In this document: positions 20,819-34,300 of the stretch, one piece after another
Layout: each line of letters starts with the position of its first letter
Position numbering within the stretch: position 1 is the first letter of the stretch
From: Oculina patagonica
Taxonomy: Eukaryota
Reading direction: 5' to 3'
NCBI RefSeq assembly: GCF_052425735.1
Contig: NC_135763.1
Span: forward strand, 36,022,001 to 36,086,000
DNA length: 64,000 bases
Made by a program: the position numbers and the translations under genes
Notes under the pieces: generated by a model
What the model saw: the letters and a program-made list of their open reading frames with translations, nothing else
The model's database searches: none
What the model was told of the DNA's origin: nothing

Positions 20819-22839
20819 TTAATGGAACAGACTGCATTATCATCCTGTGAGTAAAAAAGCACTCAGGAAAATACATTGCTAAAAACAGCTTATAAATAAT
20901 TAGAGTACTTTCAAGACAGTAGAGCAAGTAACAGTTTCAAAGTAGTTTACATGTACACTTTACTTCTGCAGTGCAGATAATGTAAGCCAATGTACACATA
21001 AGTTCACATGTAGATCAGGTAATGTATCATTTCTGTGGTCTTATTTCTTTTTCTTAACCACTTTGAGGTTTGAGGCATACAACTATTTCAATTAAGGTTG
21101 TCGTATGAAGGTGTTATAGGCAAACACGATAAGAACGAAAGATGGAATGGGTAGAATAAAAGAAGCATTGCACATGCTGAACACTGACAAGACTAAGAAG
21201 ATGAGGAACTAGATTATTTTGTAATGTTTCCATCAGTCAAACTTTAAGCAGAATTTTCCAACACTTCAAAGCCCTGCAAAGGTAAAAAAAAATACAAAAC
21301 TTGACGGCTAAGCTAGCCTTGTTTATTTCTTTTGCACCAGTGTGCAGAATTTTAGTGAATGCTCACCCCCCCTGACTGTCATCTAGTCATGTTTGGCTCC
21401 GACAACCTTTCTTGAAATAGCTGTATCAGAATGTATATATAATTGTATAATACAATGGGTTTGTTAATGTTGTTGTTAACAGTTAACGTTAAGTACAGCG
21501 CAAGGTGCTGCTGCCAGTGTAAATGCTAAGATTTCTATATAGGTACTCCACGACAAGAGTTTTCCCCTTAGCCGTGCCTTCAGTGCCTCTGTCCCCCTAT
21601 CAGATAATTCTCAGTACCCAATAAGACTCTCTTTTTCTAACTTGAAAACTATTAGTAAATATTTTTTTAGGTTTCCTTTAATTTGAAAGTAATTAGGAAA
21701 GTGACTCAAAATGTTGTGACATAGCTTCTCCAAATAAGAACTGCTGAAAATATCAAATATGGCCTTTCCTTCAAAAAAAGTTGGACATTGATCCCTTTTG
21801 GGGCATTTAGGGTTATCAGGCTAAGGTTTCTGGAAAAAGTTTAAATGCAGTATTGATTGTAATGAGCAAATTTGGGTTTCATTGGTTATAGCCAAAATAC
21901 TCTGGATAGAGTATTGTAGAGTGAATTATTTTTATCTTGAAGGAAATGCATAATTCTATTTTCACATATATTAATTTTGTGACCCTGCTATTTTTTAAGG
22001 CACATTTTGGGATTATGTAGTATGACAAAAAGAACAAAATTTAAATACACGTAAAATAATAAAAAAGAACGATTTTGGAGGGTTGAATTAAAAGAAATCC
22101 AACAGTTAAAAGATACATACATAATTGTTATTAATAGTTATTGTTTTCCTTTGCTAAAGCAAGGGGCAAGAATAGATGAACGAGAAGACCAGTACTTTAT
22201 TTGAAATTGTACTCTGCATGTGTCTCGAAATAAATCTTTTACAAAATGTGGATGTATGGCATGACTTGTCGCTTCTCAATTTATTTTACAAAAACATATT
22301 GCCCGGTGACACTTGATAACTCTTTGCCCAAAGGTTCTACAAAAATACCCATTACCCACCCCACGGAAGGTTATTGGAAGTTCTGGGAGAGTGGGCGTGG
22401 GGGTGTCTGAAAAGCCAAAAAGGGAAGTATAACTGAAATACGCAAGAGTAAGAGTTAAAATACCATAATATCCTCCTTTGGGTAATGGCCTTTTACTGCG
22501 ATGCGGCGTGATGGACTACAAAAAATTCCGGTTCATATGAGGCCTGGGCCAATACAACTTTTGTTGTTTTGGGTTTTGGGTGGGCTTATAAATAGAGGGT
22601 AATAAAAATGTTTCGAAACGATCCACGGCAGTGTTGATCGAAATACGCTTTAAAGTTAAAAAGTCATAATAAAGCAACATTTAGCCCCGTTCAGTACTGA
22701 CATCCAGCAGAGATTTTACGGTACTTGCTATTTGGCAAATGTGCAGGGATGCAATAGCCCTCACCGAAGGGAAGATAAAAGAGGCTCCGGTCGCAGGGCC
22801 TAGAGGACGGCTGAATTTCAGACTAGGCCTAGGGTGCCA

Positions 22840-23089
22840 TAGCCCACGAACACAGACGGATTTCCGGTGATCGAAAAAAGAGTAAGAAAATGCGCTTTAC
22901 AGAGCTTGAATGATAGTAAAACTTGCATAACCATAATAAACGCGAAAAAAATAATAAAATTTTATTTCTCGAGTCTTTGCATGTAAATGGCGCGTAATAA
23001 GCTGTCTTGAAAGAGCTGTCTTGAAACGGAAAAAAATACTGCCCAGATTTAGAAGCGACGACCGGAAATGCGTCTGCGTTCGCAGGCTA
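22840..23089. mobile_element. MITE
   Basis: TIR TAGCCCACGAACACAGACGGATTTCCGG / CCGGAAATGCGTCTGCGTTCGCAGGCTA. Confidence 0.65.
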
Positions 23090-23775
23090 ATAAATTGCCA
23101 CTGAAGTTGGCCATAAAAATAATTCAGGGAAGTGCCTAAATTTGTTAAGTGTGACTGTTCAATATCAGTTGTACGTCACGCTATATTTTACATGTGGAAC
23201 CATTTTAATGTCGAGAGATTGTAAACAAAAATCTTATTGGAAACATAAAAATATTGCCGCAGTTTTGTGCTGAAAATATCGGGAGGATACCTGCTTCGGT
23301 TGACGAAATAAAAATTTTTTCGTCCCCGCCGCTCTGTAATTCAAAAAATATGCTGATGTGCTTAGTTACACAAACCTTCCACAGTAGCCGAGCAGCGAAA
23401 CAAACATTCCCAGACATCACAAAACAATTGCTTTCTCGTCCAATGAACAGGACATTTACAGACGTCTTGCGGCGAACAAAGCCGCAGAGTACCTGTTTAT
23501 TTACCATGTTGCTAAGGCAACTTACGTCACAAAGGCATTGTAGCATGAAAGATTACGACAAAGCCTTCTTCGAGCTTTTGTGATCAATGAGTATTTTGGT
23601 TTCTATGAGTGACTTTTAGCACAATTTTGTCCTTCTTGCTGGCTTGGAAAAGATCATTTCTGACTGCAGAGACCTTGGAATACCTCCATATTAAGTAAGA
23701 ACTTAGTATATTTCGACGAAATGTCCAGAACACGTTGGATATAATTTCGGAGCTGAGGCGATCGAGCTACGAAAC

Positions 23776-26700
23776 ATGACTGTGCCTATTATGTCCGATC
23801 GGGAAGAGTAAGTAATTGTCTTTTTATTACCTTCGCTTATAGATGTACTGCGGGATTTAAGGCATCTAAACAAGCGCGTTCTTCTTCTCTTAACACAGGT
23901 CATCGCGCGAGGAGAGGGAAAACTACACCTCTGTTCCGATTGTAGTTTTGACGGTGCATCGCGCTCAAGAAGAAGCCAAAGAACAGCGCGCGCAAGCCAG
24001 CTACGAAGCCGAAGATGCTTTGCCGGTAAGTGGATTTCATGAAAGGAAAATTGCTGTTTGGATGCATCTTCATTGAGTTACCCTAAAGCATAATTACAAG
24101 AATCTCAAACACGCGGTTGTAAAGATTGGCTGAGCGGTTTCGTAGCTTGTAAAAATAAATGAATTGCTTTCTTGTGTGTTTGTGTACAAACTCGCGGCAA
24201 ATATGGCGAGCACTTCTAATCTCCCGCGTAATAAAGCGTAATGCAGGGATCTCAGATTGCAATGGTGTCTTTCTATCTTCTCTGTAATTTTGCGGCGTAT
24301 TTCTAGTCTTTGATACCGAATGCGGAAACTGATTTATCAGCCACGCTCAATCGCGCTTTCATGAATTCAAAACAGCTGACATTTTTAACGTAGCTTTGAT
24401 ACTGCCAATGTTAAGGTTATTCCACTTGTTTATACCATTTTTTATTCCTTTTACTATCATCAGCTACCTGCATCTAAGTACAGATACAGTAAATGGCACG
24501 AACTCGAAGACATGGATATCAAAGGAAACATGTTGAGGTCTCCCAGGGTTAGAAGAAGTAAGTTGGGTATCTCAATTTCCTTATTTCTGGGAAATATGAA
24601 GTTGTTGTACAAAACTGTCTATTCAGTTAGACATTAAATGATGTATGATTTTTGAATGTTGAATGAAAACTCAGTGAATCTTCCAAACCAACAAAAGTGT
24701 GGATGGGAGTGAGGGGTTGGAGTGGAATTGAGCCAGGGGAGGGGGTGGGGATTAACTGTTAAAACGGCTTGAGAAAAAAATCCTAACAAGTTTGTGCCAG
24801 TAGATTCTAACATTTTTCTCAATGCCCATTTCCTAAAGCCTGGTTTCCATATGATAACAAACGATCGTTGAAATGTAGTTTCTGCGATCTGCGATCATAT
24901 CGAAACACGCATCTGCGATCCTTTGCGATCATCTGCGATCGATCACAGAGGATCGCAAATGATCTCAGAAAAAAGAACCAAGTTCTATTCTTTGCGATGG
25001 TCTGTGCTCGTTGCGATCATATAGAAACACAAATTATTGTGATCCATTGCGATCAAAACTTATTCCGTAATATTGATAATCGATCCCATCATTCAACACT
25101 CATGCGATCTTCTGTGATCGTTTGTGATCAAATAGAAACAGTTTGCTCTGAAATGGTTGCGATCACGGTTCAGTAAATTTCTGTGACTTTGTGTTCATCT
25201 GCGATCCACTGGGATTGTCTGCGATCATATGGAAACCAGGCTTAAGTCCTTAAAAGTGTAGTACACCAAGTTTAAGGTTTTTAGAACATGTTAAATGTTT
25301 TTACTTTTTTTCTAGATCCCAAAGGATTTAAAGTGGATGCTGTTCGAAAACTGGATGAAGAAGAAAAATTAGAATATGGTGACTCAGATGATGATGAATT
25401 TAGAATAAGTCTGCCGCTGAAAAAGAACAAACCTAAAAGACAGCGCAACTACAAAAACAAGATGGAAAACTGGGAAAATGCAGACGTATGTTTTAATTTT
25501 TTGTGTGTAAATTTTACATTATTAGTAAAATAACGCTAAAAAAATGCAAACTCTAAAATTGGAATCTCAACCAACGGTTGCATTATCACTGCTGTCAATT
25601 ACATGTATCTTTGTGGACCTCTCAGGAAATGGGCTCAAAATTATACATGTACATGTAAGTCATGCCTGTGGATTGTGATTGGTAGATTTTGATCTATTTA
25701 GTTCATTTCTTTTTAGGTTTGTTGATTTTTTCTAATGATTATGTTTGATGGCAGCATAAAATGCAATCATTAGTTGGGGTTTGTCTTCAAAATATCAATG
25801 ACCTTGCGAAGTGCAGTGAAATAACTTAATTGAATCCAAACACCCTACAGCAAATAAAGTTTTTGCGGGTTTCTGTTATTGTTAACTTACTAAGAAAGCA
25901 TGAATTCTGTGATTTAATTTTTTATATTTTAATTTTTAGTCTGTAAATCTGTCATACCAAGACCTTGGGCACCCCTTTCAGAGGAAAGAGTTCCAGCGAG
26001 TACTCAGAAGACTCTTAAGATGTGAAAACTTACAACTAATAGAGAACTCGATACAGGATTTGAGCACTGTCTTACTTCCAAGGTGGGTTTATTTATCAAT
26101 AATGTTATTACAGTCGAAGCTCTCTTAACGGACACTCCCGTAAGCGGACAGCTCTACTTACGGCCGCCTTGTTTGAAACCCCGTTTTAACTCCCATACAA
26201 ACTCTGTATTTTTACATTCTCGTAAGCGGACATTCCCGTAAGCGGCCGCGGACACTTTCAGAGATTACGACTTAGACTTTTTCTTTGTTTTTAAGCTCCC
26301 GTAAGCGGACACCCAAAAGAAAATTCTACAAACAACCTCTGTATCTTTACATCGCCGTTCGTCACAATGATTTTACAGTGATTACAGAACCATATTAATC
26401 AGTGTTTGTTTTGTCGTCATCCACGTCTGGTTACATTTTGAAACACCACTTGTTAGCTAGGCAAGCTCCCGTAAGCGGCCATCTATTCCCTTCACCTCTA
26501 GTGGCCGCTTACGAGAACCATTCTCGTAACTGGCCAGCTCCAGTTACGGACACTTTTTTCGCGTCCCGAGGGTGTCCGCTTACGAGAGCCTCGACTGTAT
26601 TAAAAATCAGTTTTTGGGAGGCATGTTGGCCAAATGGTTAGCGCACTTGACTCTGGATCAAGCAGTCCAAGTTTGAGCCCTGACCAGGTCGTTGTGTTGG

Positions 26701-27910
26701 GTTCTTGGGCAAGACACTTAACTCTCACGCAGTGTAGGTGTATAAATGGGTACCAGCTATTTTATGCTAGGGGACAACCCAGCGATGGACTAGCATTCCA
26801 TCCATCCTGTATTCCTTGACGCAGACTCAACCTTTTTAAATTTGCTGCGATTAAAACATATTACTTCTTAACATTTTATGTATTAAGGTTGTATTCTTTG
26901 TATTTTGTGTCTAAAGTCATCCCTTATTATTTTTTAGGTGTACTCATCTTTACCTGCAGAGAAATTTCATTACTGATTTGAGGGTAAGATAGTAACGTCT
27001 ATTCCGTAACACCATACTCTGTTAAATGAAAAATAATGTTGAATAATATTTCAATGTTTCAGACAGTCATTCCCTTCTTAAATAGGTTGCAATACAATGC
27101 AATATTTCTTTAATTCTCAATTTCTTTTTTTAAGGCCAAAAAATCCTGGTCGTGCTTTCTTGCAAAGTCTCAAAATTCCCATGCACCATTCCTATTAGAT
27201 AAGAGCAATAAATGTTATGGCTATTATTTTTGTGCAATATGGAACCATTCAAAGCAGCATTATTCTAAAATTTCTATCTTCATTATTTCCAGAAACTTCC
27301 CAGGGCTCCTATGTTAGTACACTTATCATTGCAACAGAATAATGTGGAAAGTTTAAAGGGACTTGAAGTGCTCAGAAAAACTGGAATACAGTCCTTAGTT
27401 CTCAAAGGAAATCCAGTGGAATTAGATCCACACTACAGACAACAGTAAGTCACCTCTGTTAATCAACATTTAATTAGTGAACTGTAATATAACCGCATAG
27501 TGATCAGATGTTCATTTCTCTCTACCATTTCTCTCTTGTTCTGTAGTCCGCAACAATTTTGCTATTTCAAATCATGTTAATTCTCTAAAACAGCTCACAA
27601 ACAAGTAACTCCCATCACCGAACACGATCTCTGTCGACTGATTTACAGATCAATCTTTTTACAAGCATTATTTGTATGATCATGTGAACTGCTAGTTACT
27701 CAGTAGTTAATCAATAAACGATTACGCCTTATTTTCAACATGACTGTATCTCTTTGTTGGTTGAGTAAATCAATTAACAGAATCCTCTTTCTTTATTCTT
27801 GCAGAGTTTTCAGAATTTTACCAAACCTCCAGCTTCTTGATGGAATCCCAAGACTAGACAGTGATTCAGCAGATGCAGTAGTCAATGCAAAGACGTGTAT
27901 TGTGTCATAG
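23776..27910 (+). CDS. Leucine-rich-repeat (SDS22-like + LRRcap) protein with C-terminal CaaX, 8 exons, 289 aa
   Basis: Exons 23776-23807, 23899-24025, 24464-24557, 25316-25485, 25940-26082, 26938-26983, 27293-27444, 27805-27910 (870 nt, phases consistent). LRRs: CENLQLIENSIQDL, CTHLYLQRNFITDL, LVHLSLQQNNVESL, IQSLVLKGNPV. Cap: YRQQVFRILPNLQLLDG. Ends KTCIVS*. Confidence 0.85.
24837..25242. mobile_element. PIF/Harbinger MITE
   Basis: TIR AGCCTGGTTTCCATATGAT. TAA TSD on both sides. Internal GCGATC repeats. Confidence 0.85.
26111..26597. mobile_element. Tc1/mariner (pogo/Tigger-like) MITE
   Basis: TA-CAGTCGAAGCTCTC...GAGAGCCTCGACTG-TA. Internal CGTAAGCGG repeats. Confidence 0.85.
26616..26810 (+). 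mobile_element. tRNA-derived SINE (CORE/Meta-like central domain), degraded
   Basis: tRNA-like head TGGCCAAATGG...GTTTGAGCCC, then TTCTTGGGCAAGACACTTAACTCTCAC...GGTGTATAAATGGGTACC. Same family as 31602 and 53772. Confidence 0.8.
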
Positions 27911-29135
27911 CAACAGGAAACATTGGGTGTCCTCTGATAACGATACAGATAAGATTCCTGTCATCCAGAAATCAGATGGGTTATCCTGTGATCCCAAGTA
28001 CTGATGTCCTGATGCGACAAGCACCTGTGATCAGAAAGCTTTCAGATGGAGAGATAGTGTGCGGAACATTGTGATCAGCTGATTGAGACTATCCCACACT
28101 TTTCTGTTGATTGGATAAAGGAGTTGTGCCATTTTGTGAAAGCGACCACCAAACTACACCAGCTGGCCAATCATTTTGGTCAAAAGAAAAAGGATTGTCT
28201 AAATTGATTTTGCATAAAAAAATGGATTATTTAAATTATGATTTGTTTTGTTTTATACTTGAATCAAGATAATTATTTCTCATAAATCTGAATAGAGTAT
28301 TCCAAATGATACAAAAAATAATGTCAAGCACGGCAATTCAAATGTCTTTGAGAGGTTTTGTATCTGGTGGAACATTTTTGGATCTAGTGAATCAACGGAA
28401 TCACAGATTACATAAAAATTGATTTTCTATGAACTTTTTTCTGCAAGATGGGACTTCTGAAAATATTTTATAAATATACGAGACATTTAACAATTATCCT
28501 GGAGAAATCGCCGAACTTAGCCGAGGGCCGAGGCCGAGTCGTAATCAGACGAATTCCGCAAGATGAGCGGAATTGTTTTATTATTCAACAAATTGTCAAC
28601 GGAACACATTTTGCACATTAAAAACTGATGTGCAGCACACAAGATTTCGGACGAATTCGCAACACGAATATCGCAGGATATCTGTTATGTACGGATGACA
28701 GATATCGTAACATTTTGACCATATATGGGCAGCGCGCGCATCTGTTGAATAATAATTGTGAATATATGTAAATATATATTTTTATCAATAATATTAGTTT
28801 ATATGAAGATGTTAAAAAAAGTTGTACATAGTATTTATTATGTCAAAAAGACATTTTCTTTAGAAATTGGGAATAAAATCAACATCAATCCAAAGAAATA
28901 CCTTCCTCTCATATTTCATCACGAGTTTATTGTAAGTCTTGAAAGTTTATTGTGATGGGGTTCAAAGTTGTTTGATGCAATAAGTGAAAAGACAAAACTC
29001 TTTAAAATCTGGCAACGTTATCTGGCTGGCTGTTTTAATGAAGGTTCATTTGCTCTTTGAAATAAACGAAGACTCAGAAGCATGATTTGTATAATGCCCC
29101 TTGCACGATATAACCGCAAAATGCAATGAAAGACG

Positions 29136-29174
29136 TTTCCCGCCCCACTTCCGGTGGCCACGAAAACCGGAAGT
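29136..29174. promoter_or_regulatory. E2F-like site plus an inverted pair of ETS/GABP sites
   Basis: TTTCCCGCC 29136-29144. ACTTCCGG 29147-29154. CCGGAAGT 29167-29174. Confidence 0.45.
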
Positions 29175-29325
29175 GGTTCGTGAAAGATCCGTTTTCTCAG
29201 GCAAGCAGACTGGTTTGAGTTAGAATTGTTTATTTTATGGATTTTTTTATTGGTAGCTTTTCGATGGCAAACTATGCATCCGGTAGAATGAAGTTCTCCT
29301 GAAGGCGCTTATTTCGATTTTTCTC

Positions 29326-29504
29326 AAGGCACATCATCAGTAGGGGGTCAGAGGGTGGTTCCTGATGGGTGTTGTAGCCACCAGGACCGAGAGGTTTAAC
29401 TCACATGGAATCATTTCCTCTCTCTCATCACGTTCCTCACTGTGCCCCGAAGGGCTACAGGTAAGGATCACCCTAACTGATGATAAAGGTTTTGAAAGTG
29501 CCCC
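29326..29504 (-). ncRNA. Unidentified GC-rich structured RNA candidate
   Basis: Minus-strand nested helices GGGGCAC/GTGCCTT, ATCATCAGTTAGGG/CCCTACTGATGAT, GAGAGG/CCTCTC and GGTCCTGGTGG/CCATCAGGAACC, plus a cUUCGg tetraloop hairpin (29444-29455). Promoter-type motifs on both flanks. Confidence 0.35.
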
Positions 29505-31326
29505 TAAGCCTATTGACCTTCAAGTGCAGGTTAACACTTGTGGGATTCGCAACATTAAAATCCTTAGAATTCATTCAGTTTCTAACAAAATGTCAATAAA
29601 TCGCGAGCTTCAAATGCGAACTGTGAAAAGAATTGTCGAAACGAGTAAAATAATTGCATTGCAATAATTTTTGTTTAACTGTGGTTATACGCATGCGCAG
29701 TTGAGTCTTCTTCTTTGACTTCTTTTGAAGGCGATTTTTTCTCAATGAAATTGCGGAAATTAATTGCTTAGTAAAATTGCTTATCACAATAAAAAACTGA
29801 ATTAAAAGAATAAGTTTTATTTTAAACTAACTGCTTATCGATCTCGCTTCCGAGTTCAACTAAATAAAAAGTTTTCATGTTTATGAATATCATAATTTTT
29901 TTTAGAAGTCAATTGTTATTTACATATTCACAAACTTAGCCTATTCGCAGGCTATCACAAACTTCGGTGATTTTAATCTTCTTTGTAAGGAGAATGTGAA
30001 AGAAAGTTTTGTTTCAGTTTAATTTAGTTGCGCCCTGAACTTTATTTTGCGCGCGCGGGGGAAAATGCTTCCGCGCGTGTTGATCGCGTAGTTTACACGA
30101 ACATACCTTTGTTAGCGGAGATCGTCGCAAAACAGTGAGGAATATTTTTAAGAATACAAATACAACAGTAAACTATTCAAAGAATAAAGCAGCTTTATTG
30201 TGTTAACAACCAGAATCCTAACCGGTAAATCAGGCTTGCGAAAATTTTGTTTTTAATTTTAACTTTTCGCGCGACTCGCTACTGAGAGCACATCAGAGCA
30301 CGGAAGAAAAAAAAAACCTGATCGCATGTTTCCTGAATCGTGGATCTTTATTTATCTAACACGTCTTTTAAATAAACTTTTTAACTGGGTTTAATTTCAT
30401 AAAAGCGGAGGCGAAGGTCACCTGCTGAAGGTTCATAATAGTAGGTCTGTCAACTAGCTATTTATTGATTACAAACTGAATAAATTTAACTAGTGACACA
30501 CATTGTCAATTGCAAGTCTTGTCACAGCCAGAATGTGGATCTTGTGAAAGTGTTTTTTCTGCGCTACCGACATAGATCATGCTTCGCTTAAATTCTATTC
30601 TCGCAGTTCAGAGCTCTGATTTATTTCATATGCGAATAAGATATACTGTGTTAAGAAAAACAATTAGATTAAATTAACATTATTTTTCAATATTAAAAAA
30701 TTGTTCCCAAAAACTTAACAGACTTCACGTGAAAAAAGTTTTATTTTCCTATGCTGTCAAATCCTCATCCTGATCAGTACTGCGCAAAGAAATATAAATT
30801 ATTATAAATGACTTGATATTGAATTTTTTGTTAAGAATTTTTTTAAAAAAATGTTTCTTAATTTTCTTTTTCGGTAGGCTTTGTCTACCATCGTCATGCA
30901 AAGTACATCAATCCTTGTTTGTTTTCTGTGCTTGAGAAAGATTTCAAAAAAGGAAGATACCGTACTCGCAGTGAAATATTTTTCGGAACTAGTCCGTTTT
31001 TATCAAATGTATATATACAATAAATAGTCTGTTCAATATAAGATGAGCTCTTTTACGGCTCAGTGCTTTCCGTAGAGATCTTTCACTAAGATCTAATTGT
31101 ATATAAATTCGTCAAAGAATGTACAAAATGAGACTTAAGAATTTTTTTCCTTTTCTCCTCATTTTACTTTTCGGGGACCAGGAGCTGCGATGGTCTGGGT
31201 TCGAATTTACTCCACCAGCCTCGTTCTCGCGGCTTGTTTCGTTCACGTGACCATGGACGTTCTCATGGACAACCTCGTCCTTATGACTAGCTTCGTTCTT
31301 GTCTCTTCGGGCAGAATGACGCGTGA

Positions 31327-34300
31327 TCAGAAAAACGAGCAGTTCCCGGATACAACTGAAATGGCTTCTTTGTATCTCTTCTGCCATAATGTCGCCTCTG
31401 TCTCCTCCTTGGCCAGGATTTCAGCCATGTTTGCGCATCGTCTCCATAGCTTTGCTCTCCTGTCCTTTAAGAATGTTCCGTCTTTCTCTAAAGTGTCCGC
31501 CATTTGAAGCTGCTTTACTTTGCTCTTGACTGCATCCTCTATGTTGCGCTAAAATATCGAAAATAAATGAAGTTTCCCATTAAAACAAATTCGCCCATGT
31601 GAGAGGCGCGGCGGCCTAATATGGTTTATGCGCTGGACCCCGGATCGAGCGGTCCGGATTCGAGCGCTGGCTGCATGGGGTCATTGTGTTGTGTTCTTGG
31701 ACAGGACACCTGTACTCCCATACGCCCAGGTGTATAAATGGGTACCGGCGAATTAACTGCTGGGGGTAACCCTACGATAGACTAGCAACCCATCCAGGGG
31801 GAGTAGAAATACTCCTAGTCTCTTCATGCTACGGAAATGGGATAAGCTCCGGCCTGATGGGCCACTAAGCTCGATAGCAGACTTAACCTTTACCACTAAA
31901 GTAAATTCGTCCACAGATGCCCAGGAAAGGTGATTTGTTTTAGTTGAATTCCGTTGTATGCAGATTTTACCACCTTGGGAAAAACGCGGTACTAAGTGTA
32001 TAATTCTCACCTCAATTATTTCACTTTCTTCCTGAAGTTGATTCATTCTTCGTTTGGCGTATTCAGCCCTTCTCTCGGCGAGTTTAGACGCTACCTCTCT
32101 CCCAAATTGCTTGATATCGTTTCTTTGTCGCTCGGCTTCGTATCCTGACACGAAGATTGGCGAAGATCTTCCGGAATCGCACGGCGGTGGAAGCTTTTCT
32201 TTTGTCTACCAAAAGGAGAAAAATCATATTGTATTCGATCTTATTTACATTCCTACACTGAATTTTTGGTGTAAATTAAATATTTACTTTGAAATGTTGT
32301 TGGTTAGTCGCGAGAAAGATTTTTGTTTGCTTCGGGCAACTTCCTTGAAACATTTAAGGCTCAAATGTCAAGTTTAGGTGCATGTGTGAGATGAATTACA
32401 AAAAAAACAACGTCTTCGCGAATTCGAACGTGCTTGGATTATTTTAGCACTGTTTATTTTTGAGCAAAAAATAATACAGTGACTAAATAAGCAGAAGAGG
32501 GCAATGATTGAAGGACTCCCTTTTCGTTAAGTAGGTCTGTTGTTTGTTTACCGTAAATGATCTAATAAACGCCCGGGGCGTCTATTGAATTTTAGGGGTC
32601 CCACAGGGGGCGTGAAATAGATATGAGGCGTTTATAAGAGAGAGGCGTTTATTTAACTTTAACTGAAACCATGTCAACAGATCAGAACAAATAAGACACA
32701 AAGTTTGCTCGCGGAGTAAGATAGAAAACAGAGTTGGTATAGAGGAGAGTATCCTAAACTGCGCAAATGCTAAGCCTAAAGATGTCGTTCATAGTTTGCT
32801 ATTGATGTTTTCATCTTCGAATCAAGCAAGAAACTAGATAAATTACATGAAATTACTCTTAGGGAGTGTATGTTGTTACCTTCGTTTTTGAGGCGATCCT
32901 TGGAGGGGGCGTCTATTACACACGGGGTGTTTATAAGAGGGGGGCGTCTAATACAAACTTTACACCTCAGGGGGAGCGTTAATTGGTTACGAGGCGTTTA
33001 TTTGAGAGTGGGCGTTTATTAGATCATTTACGGTAATTGTCAATTTCAAACATATGCATCTGATTACCTCAGCTATGTTGGCAATGGGCGGATACAGTAA
33101 TTCAGGTGACCGAGGCCTCTCTCGGTCATCAGCAATCGGGAGGAAAAAACTGTCTCTTGGGGACGTGGGACTGTCCGCTCTCTGTATCTTAACTTCAATG
33201 CTAGACAAATCCTGTGGACGAAAAAAAAACACGATTTTACATCAAAATAACATACTCTTGGTTGTGGAATGAGAGTGGTAGGGCTAGGAAGAAAAAAACT
33301 TCAATTCCAGCTTGCCCTTCGGTCGAGCAGCTATCAAAGTTTGCTTGGCCGGGGCCATTGTCTTAGTTAACTTTCCAGTATCATTATGTTCGCACATGAT
33401 CATGACTTGCCTGAGCCCTTGTCCATCGGGCAAATGAGAATTAATAATTTCTTGCCCGACGGACGACCGGACGGCACTTTTTGCCGAACCCTGGAGTGGT
33501 ACTTTGTCACAACTCGTTCCCTGGTCTCCCCCACAAGTTTAATTTGCTATGCATGGTGAAAAGTAAAGGACTCTGGGCCCAATATGGTAATAATACCTCA
33601 CTGGCGCGATTTTAGTCATTTTGGTTTTCTGGGGGGTGGGATCGTTTCGCCCCACTAACTGCCCCCTGAGTCTCCGAGGATGAGGCTATTGCGACTTTTA
33701 CTAGATGGCCGCAAACACTTCACTCTTAATCTAAATAACAGAAAACGTCAACGAGGAGATTGAGCTTTCAAACTTAGTAGGGAGACAACTACTAGTTCTA
33801 AGCGACTTCATGTTCTAGGAAATTGAAATAAGCTGCGGTTTTCGTTAGGCACCATATAAACGTTAATGCTGTGGGGTGACTGTTTTCGGACCACGCGCAA
33901 GATTTTTCCTTGGAAGGGAATGTTTAATGCGGTTTTCACTTTGAGTGGCCAAAGTTAATCGAGTTTGCATTGGTTTTATACTACGCTTGGTGATTGGTTT
34001 AAAACTCTCGCGCCACTTTCTAGGCCAATCAGAAGTAAAACTCAAACCAATCGTGACTCGCATGCGCACGTTTTCCGGCGCTTCGTGTCGGCTTCATAAA
34101 TTTGTTTCGAGTTTTGATTGGTTATTTGAATTGCCTGTCTTCTTAGTGATTCGCTAGAGTGATTACTTTGGTTTTGGTTTTAAGACACAATTGAAAACTG
34201 CTCAATACCCACCTTGAGTGTGTAATGCTGATCCCAAATGACGCCATCATCTTCTAGATTAGAGATTGACTTATCGTCATAAGTTGCTGAAGAGGAAAAT

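Noticed and set aside
24880-25230. Regularly recurring GCGATC motifs (and CGTAAGCGG at 26.1-26.6 kb) as a CRISPR-like array
   Set aside because: They are short subterminal repeats inside TIR/TSD-bounded MITEs, with no repeat-spacer periodicity, in a eukaryotic context.
29470-29500. ACCCTAAC as a telomerase RNA template, and CTGATGA...GAAA as a hammerhead
   Set aside because: The template is too short and has no downstream pseudoknot. The hammerhead lacks the U16.1 pairing and its core is sequestered in a longer helix.
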